Source: Acidimicrobiales bacterium | GTDB taxonomy: Bacteria > Actinomycetota > Acidimicrobiia > Acidimicrobiales > UBA8592 | Direction of reading: 5' to 3' | Length of the DNA stretch: 64,000 nt | Assembly: GCA_965262315.1 (NCBI GenBank) | Contig: CBDHFJ010000134.1 | Location: 11,534-75,533 of the forward strand | In this document: positions 57,812 through 64,000 of the stretch, in pieces | How the letters are laid out: the number at the start of each line of letters is the position of its first letter | How positions within the stretch are numbered: position 1 is the stretch's first letter | Made by a program: the position numbers and the translations under genes | The notes under the pieces: model-generated | What the model was told of the DNA's origin: nothing | Databases searched by the model: none | What the model saw: the letters and a program-made list of their open reading frames with translations, nothing else

Positions 57812-58978
57812 ATGACGGTCACCGATTCCGCCCCGCCCAAGAAGAAGGAACGCTGGACCTTCCAGTGGAAGGAGCTCTACGACGAGGTCATCACCTCGGG
57901 GCTCTGCACCGGATGTGCCGGGTGCGTGATCGCGTGCCCGCACGACGTCATCGGGTACAAACACGAGCCGGGCCAGTACAAGCCCTTCCACCTGGAGGAA
58001 GAGCTCGGTCTCGAGAACTGCGGCCACGGCGAGAAGGGCTGCACCAGCTGCACCCGCGCATGCCCCCGCTTCCGCGACTGGGAGCCGGTGGCCGACGAGC
58101 ACCTGTTCGGCCGTGTCCGCGAGGCCGACGAGATGGCGGGCGTCTTCAAGGACATCATGCTCGTCCGCGCCAGCGACGACTTCGTCTACGAGACCGGCCA
58201 GGACGGCGGGTTGGTGTCGGCCATCCTCATCTGGTGCCTCGAGAACAACGTGCTCGACGGCGCTCTGGTGAGCGGCCTCGAGGGCGGCGAAGACGGCGGC
58301 GGCTGGAAGGCCAAGCCGATGGTGGCCACCAATCGCGACGAGGTGCTGGCCGGTGCGGGCAGCCGCTACACCTACTCGGCCAACACCATCGCCTACGACG
58401 AGGCCATGGAGAAGGGCCTCTCCAAGCTGGCCCTGGTGGGCATGAGCTGCCAGACCTCGATCGGGCCCGTCATGTGGCACCGCAAGGTCGGCAAGGTGTC
58501 CAAGCCGATCAAGCTCAACATCGGCCTCTTGTGCTCCAAGAGCTTCGACGACGCGATGTTCGACGAGCTGTTCTGGGTCAAGTACGGCCTGCACAAGGAC
58601 GACATCGCCAAGATGAACATCAAGGGCGTGTTCCAGGTCTGGATGAAGAACGGCGACTACCACGAGATCAATCTCAAGGAGTGCCACGCCTGGACCCGCG
58701 AGGGCTGCAATCACTGCCCGGACTTCGCGGCCGAGCACGCCGACATCTCCACCGGAGGCATCGGCGAGCTCACCGACTGGACGCTCACCATCGTGCGCAC
58801 CGAACTGGGTCGGGCGATCATCGAGGCCATGGCCAAGGACGGTGTGATCGAAACCCGCCCCGGCGACGACGACCCGGGTGCCATCGCGTTGATGCACAAG
58901 CTGGCCGAGAAGTCCCGGTCGCGTTGGCCCGATTGGGCTGCCGGCGAAGCCCGCCTGGGCCTGCCCACCAAGAAGTAG
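57812..58978 (+). CDS. coenzyme F420 hydrogenase/dehydrogenase beta-subunit family protein (FrhB/FdhB-like)
   Basis: 388 aa. CTGCAGCVIACPHDVI and GCTSCTRACPRF are Fe-S motifs. TGQDGGLVSAIL, SRYTYS and LVGMSCQ are family blocks. Confidence 0.75.
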   Translation: MTVTDSAPPKKKERWTFQWKELYDEVITSGLCTGCAGCVIACPHDVIGYKHEPGQYKPFHLEEELGLENCGHGEKGCTSCTRACPRFRDWEPVADEHLFGRVREADEMAGVFKDIMLVRASDDFVYETGQDGGLVSAILIWCLENNVLDGALVSGLEGGEDGGGWKAKPMVATNRDEVLAGAGSRYTYSANTIAYDEAMEKGLSKLALVGMSCQTSIGPVMWHRKVGKVSKPIKLNIGLLCSKSFDDAMFDELFWVKYGLHKDDIAKMNIKGVFQVWMKNGDYHEINLKECHAWTREGCNHCPDFAAEHADISTGGIGELTDWTLTIVRTELGRAIIEAMAKDGVIETRPGDDDPGAIALMHKLAEKSRSRWPDWAAGEARLGLPTKK

Positions 58979-58987
58979 CGGGTCCAC

Positions 58988-60046
58988 GTGGCCTCCGCGC
59001 CGACGCCACGCCCCACGTCGCTTCTCCACGATCATCTCGACGGCGGCCTGCGCGTGGCCACCATCGTCGACATCGCGGGCGAGATCGGCTGGGTCCTCCC
59101 CCACGACGACCTGGATGACCTGCAACGGTGGTTCACCGCGGGCGCGGAGACGGGCGACCTCCTGCAGTACCTGGCCACCTTCGAGCACACCCTCGCGGTC
59201 ATGCAGACCGAGGCACACATCGAGCGCGTGGCGTACGAAGCCGCGGTCGACCTGGCCGCGGACGGCGTGGTCTACGCCGAGGTCCGCTTCGCACCCGAGC
59301 TCCACCAACAACAAGGGCTGCCCCTGGAAGATGTCGTGGCCGCGGCCACCGCCGGGTTCCGACGAGGCGAGGCGGCGAGCGCAGCCGAGGGTCGGCCCAT
59401 CACCGTGGTGGCGATCCTGTGCGCGATGCGCACCGAGGGACGCTCGCTCGAGATCGCCCAGCTCGTCGACCGGCTGCGGGACGAGGACGACAAGGTGGTG
59501 GGCTTCGACCTCGCCGGCGCCGAGACCGGCTTCCCGCCGTCGCTGCACGCCGAGGCCCTCGAGTTCGCTCGTCGTCGCCATCTCAACATCACGCTCCATG
59601 CCTCCGAGCCGCCAGACCTCGAGCTGATCAGCGACGCGCTCGCCCATGGCGCGCATCGGATCGGCCACGGCGTCCGCCTACAGGCCGACATGACCATCGC
59701 CGACGGCGAGGTCGGGGCCATGGGGCCCCTCGCGACGTTCGTGCTGGACCGCCAGGTCCACCTGGAGATGGCGCCCACCTGTCACGTGCAGGTCGGGGCG
59801 GTGCCCGACCTGGCGACGCACCCCATCGGGCCGATGCTCCGCGCCGGGTTCAACGTGGGCGTGAACACCGACAACCGGCTGATGAGCCACGTCATGCCGT
59901 CGACCGAACTCGAACTGGTCCGCACCACGTTCGACCTGTCCGACGACGAGATCGGCCGTCTGGTCCGCAACGGCATCGAGGCCGGTTTCGCGCCACTCGA
60001 GACGCGCCGCCGCATCCTCGACTCGCTGGACGCCGCTCAGCCGTAG
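58988..60046 (+). CDS. add: adenosine deaminase
   Basis: 352 aa, GTG start. LLHDHLDGGLR, VVGFDLAGAE, TLHASE, NTDNRLMS. Confidence 0.85.
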   Translation: MASAPTPRPTSLLHDHLDGGLRVATIVDIAGEIGWVLPHDDLDDLQRWFTAGAETGDLLQYLATFEHTLAVMQTEAHIERVAYEAAVDLAADGVVYAEVRFAPELHQQQGLPLEDVVAAATAGFRRGEAASAAEGRPITVVAILCAMRTEGRSLEIAQLVDRLRDEDDKVVGFDLAGAETGFPPSLHAEALEFARRRHLNITLHASEPPDLELISDALAHGAHRIGHGVRLQADMTIADGEVGAMGPLATFVLDRQVHLEMAPTCHVQVGAVPDLATHPIGPMLRAGFNVGVNTDNRLMSHVMPSTELELVRTTFDLSDDEIGRLVRNGIEAGFAPLETRRRILDSLDAAQP

Positions 60047-60882
60047 GCAGCGTCGGGAAGCGGCCGCCGCCACACGGTGGCCGCGGCCCCGAGACGTCGA
60101 CCGGCGTCGACCGCTCGACTGATGTCGGCGTGGCGATACCAGTCATCGAGGAAGGCCGCAATGAAGGCGTCGCCACAACCCACCGTGGTCCCGACCACCG
60201 GAACGGCCTCAACGGGGAAACGTTCAACGATGCCGGAGCGGCCATCGGCGACGATCACGCCGCGGGACCCCAGCGTGACCACCAGGACCACGCCCAGGTC
60301 GTCCGCGGCGCCGAGCAGTTCGTCCACCTGCGGGTCGTCGGGGTCGCCGGGCCAGCCGACGAAGGCCAGGTCGAGCGCGGCGGCCGTCGCCCGGAAACGA
60401 GCCGTCGTCATGTGCCGGAAGTCGAGGAAGTCACCCGAGACCGTGGATGCCTCGAAGAGCCCGGTGTCGGCGAGCCGCCGGACCTCGGCATCGACGACGT
60501 CGACCAGCACAGCGTGTGTGGGCGCCCCCGCGGCGATGGGCGCGACCTCGGCCGCGGTCAGCCGGAGCTCGGCGTTGACCCCTTCGACGAAGCCGTCCAT
60601 CCACGGCTGGCCGTCGGACCGGAACTCGATGTCGATCGACGACGACACGCCGGCCACGGCGGCGTCGGCGCTGAGCGCGATGCCGTGGCGCGCGGCGAAG
60701 CCCGCGAAGACGTCGGTATCGGCGACCCCGAACCGGCCGACCAGCACGACCGCTCGCCCGAGCGTCGCCCAGTGGTATGCCATGTTGACCACGCCCCCAC
60801 CGGGGAGGCGCAAGCCCTCGTCGAGGTAGTGGTCGATGGTGAGCGGCCCGATCAGCAGCGCCGGCGACGACACGTCAGACAC
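60037..60882 (-). CDS. PfkB-family carbohydrate/nucleoside kinase
   Basis: 281 aa, GTG start. The C-terminal GTTVGCGDAFIAAFL is the PfkB anion-hole/ATP motif. Its 3' end overlaps the add 3' end by 10 nt (convergent). Confidence 0.75.
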   Translation of the reverse strand: MSDVSSPALLIGPLTIDHYLDEGLRLPGGGVVNMAYHWATLGRAVVLVGRFGVADTDVFAGFAARHGIALSADAAVAGVSSSIDIEFRSDGQPWMDGFVEGVNAELRLTAAEVAPIAAGAPTHAVLVDVVDAEVRRLADTGLFEASTVSGDFLDFRHMTTARFRATAAALDLAFVGWPGDPDDPQVDELLGAADDLGVVLVVTLGSRGVIVADGRSGIVERFPVEAVPVVGTTVGCGDAFIAAFLDDWYRHADISRAVDAGRRLGAAATVWRRPLPDAAYG

Positions 60883-61585
60883 CTCGGAGCGGTTCGTTCC
60901 GCCCTGACCCGAGCTCGACGAACCGGTCGTATCGCACTTCGATGAGCTTCGCCATCTGCCAGAACGCCTCGACCGAGAGGTGCGCGCAGCCTTCGAGGTG
61001 ATACCACTCCTGGCGCTGGGGCAGCGTCGTGATCAGCAGCGGATCGTGGACCGGCACGACGGCCGGGCTGAGCATGAACCCGAGCGTCTCGGGCGTCCTG
61101 ATCTGCACGAGCCGATCGCCCGCCATACCGAGGGCTCGGGGGACGCGATGCGAGTGGCCGGTGTCGGCGTCGACGAGATCGACCGGCACGTTCGCCGCCG
61201 TCACCGCGTCGGCGTCGTGTGGTCCGGTCAGCTCGGCGATGACCCGACGCACCGAGATGTCCTGGTAGTGGTTCGCCCCTGGACCGGGCTGGGCGTAGTC
61301 GTCGTCGTAGACATTGTCGATGCTGTGGTCGTAGACGTTGCCGCACTCGGTGGTCAGCCACTCGACCAGCTCGGGACGCTGTCGCAGGTGGGCCCGGTAC
61401 GACGCCTCGTACTCGGCGATGGCCGTGCCGAAGTCCACCGCTCGACCCCGGACGATCCACGCCCACCGCCACCCGTCGGGGCCGAACCGCTGGTCCAGGA
61501 GTTCGTGGCGGCGGCGCTTGTCGTCACCGGTGAACCCCGGTGCGCCGATCGGGATCCAGTGTCGGGCGAGGAGAGCGTCGCTCAT
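60875..61585 (-). CDS. conserved-looking hypothetical protein, co-transcribed with the PfkB kinase
   Basis: 236 aa. High GC3. 8-nt overlap with the kinase start. No motif recognised. Confidence 0.55.
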   Translation of the reverse strand: MSDALLARHWIPIGAPGFTGDDKRRRHELLDQRFGPDGWRWAWIVRGRAVDFGTAIAEYEASYRAHLRQRPELVEWLTTECGNVYDHSIDNVYDDDYAQPGPGANHYQDISVRRVIAELTGPHDADAVTAANVPVDLVDADTGHSHRVPRALGMAGDRLVQIRTPETLGFMLSPAVVPVHDPLLITTLPQRQEWYHLEGCAHLSVEAFWQMAKLIEVRYDRFVELGSGRNEPLRGV

Positions 61586-61767
61586 CGGGAGATCGTACCG
61601 GTGGCCTGCTCGCAGGTTGCTGAGGTTCGGCAGTGTTCTCGAGGCGGCCGGGCGCCGGCCACGCCAGGGGCTCTCCTTCCGGGACCTGCCGGTTCCCGCA
61701 CGTCTCGTGAGCGGGATGGCGGATGAGGTGAAGGCCGCGTGGATGGGTGCCTGGTCGTGCTGCGGGC

Positions 61768-61783
61768 GCTGAAGAACTTCAGC
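61768..61783. repeat. 16-bp perfect palindrome GCTGAAG-AA-CTTCAGC (possible terminator stem or operator)
   Basis: Located 7 nt downstream (minus sense) of the lipoprotein stop at 61790-61792 and ~185 nt upstream of the next minus-strand start. No U-tract. Confidence 0.3.
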
Positions 61784-61789
61784 ACCCTG

Positions 61790-62281
61790 CTAGAGCCCGG
61801 AGCGTTGCCGGATGCAGGTCCGCACCAGCTCGGCGACGTCGTCGGTGAGCGCCTCACCGGCACGGAGATCGTCCTCGATCTCGGTGAAGGCGTCGAACGC
61901 CGCGTCGTTGCGTGCGTCGAAGAAGCCATCCGGGTCGTCCGGGGTGACGTCCTGGTTGACCTGATCGCGGACGAGCTCCTGCGAATGGGAGACCAACGAG
62001 GTGTACGTGCAGCCGCACACCTGAAGAAGGCCGGCGCGCTGCACCGGCTCCAACGCCGGGATGGTCTCGTCGAACCCCTTCACACAGCCCGTCAGGAAGT
62101 TCCGCTGCACCTCGGGGACCGCAGCGGGATCCTCACCGTCCAACAGCGCCGCCTCGAGGTCGGGATCGATGGGAGCGGGGTCGGCGTCGAAGCCCGAGGT
62201 CGTCACGTCGTCACCACACCCAGACGCGAGGAGGCCGAGCACGAGCAGGAGCCGGCCCAGCCGGTGAATCAGGTGATGCAC
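61790..62281 (-). CDS. secreted lipoprotein, 4-Cys family (paralogue A)
   Basis: GTG 62281. HRLGRLLLVLGLLASGC is the lipobox. Shares VQRNFLTGCV, CGCTY, AAFDAF and a C-terminal Cys with the upstream paralogue. Confidence 0.65.
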   Translation of the reverse strand: MHHLIHRLGRLLLVLGLLASGCGDDVTTSGFDADPAPIDPDLEAALLDGEDPAAVPEVQRNFLTGCVKGFDETIPALEPVQRAGLLQVCGCTYTSLVSHSQELVRDQVNQDVTPDDPDGFFDARNDAAFDAFTEIEDDLRAGEALTDDVAELVRTCIRQRSGL

Positions 62282-62679
62282 CCGTCCAGAATGCTCTGGA
62301 TGTTGGCGGGAATCACACCGGTCTCGGACTCCAGGGCGTTGTTCAGGTCCTTGAAGGCATCGAACGCCGCCTTCTCGGCCTCGGTGGGAGTCGCGCCGGT
62401 GAAGTTCTCCCGGTAGAAGGCCACGATGCCCTCGTAGGAACACTCGCACGACGCAGGCAGGTCGTTGGCACCGCTGAGCCGAGGTGTGTCGGCCAGCACG
62501 CATCCCTCGAGGAAGTTCCGCTGCACGACCGGCAGGAACTCGGTCTCGGTGTCGAGCGCGTTCTGCAGCTCCTCGCTGACGCGGACGGGCTGCTCGTCGA
62601 ACCCCTCGGGCTCACCGCTGCTGCCACACGCGGTCAGCACCAGGAGGGCAACCATCGGAACGGCCAGACGCTTCAACAT
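62269..62679 (-). CDS. secreted lipoprotein, 4-Cys family (paralogue B)
   Basis: ATG 62679. MLKRLAVPMVALLVLTAC is the lipobox. Contains VQRNFLEGCV, CECSY, AAFDAF and LDGCIT. Overlaps paralogue A by 13 nt. Confidence 0.65.
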   Translation of the reverse strand: MLKRLAVPMVALLVLTACGSSGEPEGFDEQPVRVSEELQNALDTETEFLPVVQRNFLEGCVLADTPRLSGANDLPASCECSYEGIVAFYRENFTGATPTEAEKAAFDAFKDLNNALESETGVIPANIQSILDGCIT

Positions 62680-62738
62680 GGCGCCCCACGCTACCGCCCC
62701 GACCGCCCCAACCGGCGCGCCCGCGGCGACGATGCCGC

Positions 62739-63416
62739 CTACCCGTTCGAGCTGGTGGCGATGGCGCGGGCGCGGTCCAGGACCTCGTCGAACATGGCCG
62801 GGGTGAGGCGGCCCGTGAAGGTGTTCTGCTGGCTCACGTGGTACGAGCAGAGCAGGGTGCGGCCGTCGGCGAGCGGCACCTCCACGCCATGCCCGAACTT
62901 GGGCCGCGGCGTGATCCCGAGCTCCTGGCAGGCCGCCGCGTACCCGATGTTTCCCAGCACCAGGTACACGCGAGCTCGGGCCAGGGCGACGAGCTCGCGC
63001 TCGAGGAAGGGGCGGCAGGCCGCGCGCTCGTCGGCGGTGGGCTTGTTCGCCGGAGGGGCGCACTTCACGGGCGACGTGATGAACGCGCCGGTCAGCGTCA
63101 GGCCGTCGCCGGGCCCGACCGACTCGGGTTGGGAGGCGTACCCCGCACGATGAAGGGCGGCGTACAGGAAGTCACCACTCCGGTCGCCGGTGAACATTCT
63201 GCCGGTGCGATTGGCGCCGTGGGCTGCCGGGGCCAGTCCGATGACGACCAGCTCGGCCGCCGGATCGCCGAACCCGGGAACGCCGCGCCCCCAGTAGTCC
63301 TGATCGGCGTAGGCGGCCCTCTTGTCACGAGCGACCTGCTCGCGCCAGTCGACCAGTCGGGGACACCGGCGGCACGCGGACACCTCGTCCGCCAGGATCG
63401 TGAGCTGGTCGGCCAT
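62739..63416 (-). CDS. uracil-DNA glycosylase, family 5 (UdgB-like, Fe-S)
   Basis: 225 aa. CRRCPRL, then GLAPAAHGANRTGRMFTGD (GLAPA rather than the family-4 GEAPG), then SYHVSQQN. Confidence 0.8.
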   Translation of the reverse strand: MADQLTILADEVSACRRCPRLVDWREQVARDKRAAYADQDYWGRGVPGFGDPAAELVVIGLAPAAHGANRTGRMFTGDRSGDFLYAALHRAGYASQPESVGPGDGLTLTGAFITSPVKCAPPANKPTADERAACRPFLERELVALARARVYLVLGNIGYAAACQELGITPRPKFGHGVEVPLADGRTLLCSYHVSQQNTFTGRLTPAMFDEVLDRARAIATSSNG

Positions 63417-63494
63417 GGGCCGCCGACGCTATCGCCGAGCTGCGTCCGGTGCGACTCCGTCGACCGGGCCCGAGCCCGGTAGGTTGAACGCATC

Positions 63495-64000
63495 ATGGCT
63501 GCCCGAAGCTCCTCCACCACCACGCGCACTGCCAAGAAGCGAACGTCCAGGACGTCGGCCCCGACCGGCCCCAAACCGACCCTGGTGCTGATGGTGCGCC
63601 ACGGCCAGACCCCCACCACCGGGGCGGTGCTGCCGGGTCGGGCGAAGGGGCTGCACCTGGGCGAACAGGGACTGGAACAGGCCCGGGTCGCCGGTGAACG
63701 GATCGGTGCGCTCGGCAAGGTGCGCGCGGTCTATGCGTCACCCATGGAGCGGACACAGGAGACGGCAGCGCCCATCGCCAAGGCGTGCAAGCTCCGGGTC
63801 CGGACGGTCAAGGGCCTCATCGAATGCGACTTCGGCGACTGGACCGGCAAGAAGCTCGCCGACCTGCGGAAGTTGCCCGAATGGCGCACCGTGCAGCGCT
63901 ACCCGTCCGGCTTCCGGTTCCCGCGCGGCGAGTCCTTCGGCGAGATGCAGACCCGCATGGTCGACGCCATCGGCGGCCTCGTGGCCAAGCACCCCGGCGA
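63495..64000 (+). CDS. histidine phosphatase (phosphoglycerate-mutase-like) family protein, 3' end beyond the window
   Basis: Not in the ORF track because there is no stop inside the window. My own translation from ATG 63495 gives MAARSSSTTTRTAKKRTSRTSAPTGPKPTLVLMVRHGQTPTTG...VYASPMERTQETAAPIA...FGDWTG. This contains the RHG catalytic motif. Confidence 0.75.
   Translation, partial: MAARSSSTTTRTAKKRTSRTSAPTGPKPTLVLMVRHGQTPTTGAVLPGRAKGLHLGEQGLEQARVAGERIGALGKVRAVYASPMERTQETAAPIAKACKLRVRTVKGLIECDFGDWTGKKLADLRKLPEWRTVQRYPSGFRFPRGESFGEMQTRMVDAIGGLVAKHPG

Overview
Two unrelated pieces of DNA are joined in this window.

(1) nt 1 to ~18,874 is moderate-GC (by eye mid-50s %) planctomycete-type sequence. 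It carries:
- an HD-GYP protein, a Rieske protein and a B12-type radical SAM enzyme
- a giant PSCyt1/PSCyt2(DUF1549)/PSD1(DUF1553)/LamG gene broken by three frameshifts, followed by its DUF1501 partner
- an exported DUF4432-like + PL10-like pair
- a Cu(I) P1B-ATPase, a CDF transporter and a membrane-fused spermidine-synthase-like protein

(2) nt ~18,875 to 64,000 is ~70 % GC (by eye), GC3-saturated, monoderm Actinomycetota-like sequence with tightly overlapping (ATGA/GTGA) operons. It carries:
- a 3'-truncated OmpR-type two-component pair
- DUF1800 + DUF1501
- an ABC-2 exporter plus a NarL-type two-component system
- a secretin-less tad/Flp-pilus locus (cpaB-cpaF-tadB-tadC-tadE-tadE-tadG) with atypical fusions and no pilin, peptidase or TadZ
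- a GT2 glycosyltransferase, tandem TetR paralogues and a ParC/ParE-like topoisomerase
- about 25 further metabolic or accessory genes

The junction cuts a histidine kinase in half and has no mobile-element hallmarks. I read it as a contig join or chimera rather than biology.

No rRNA, tRNA, CRISPR array, transposase or integrase was seen. Almost every real gene in the high-GC part is mirrored by long antisense shadow ORFs in the supplied track; these were not called.

All family assignments come from motifs read in the translations and from memory of those families. No database search or computation was possible.
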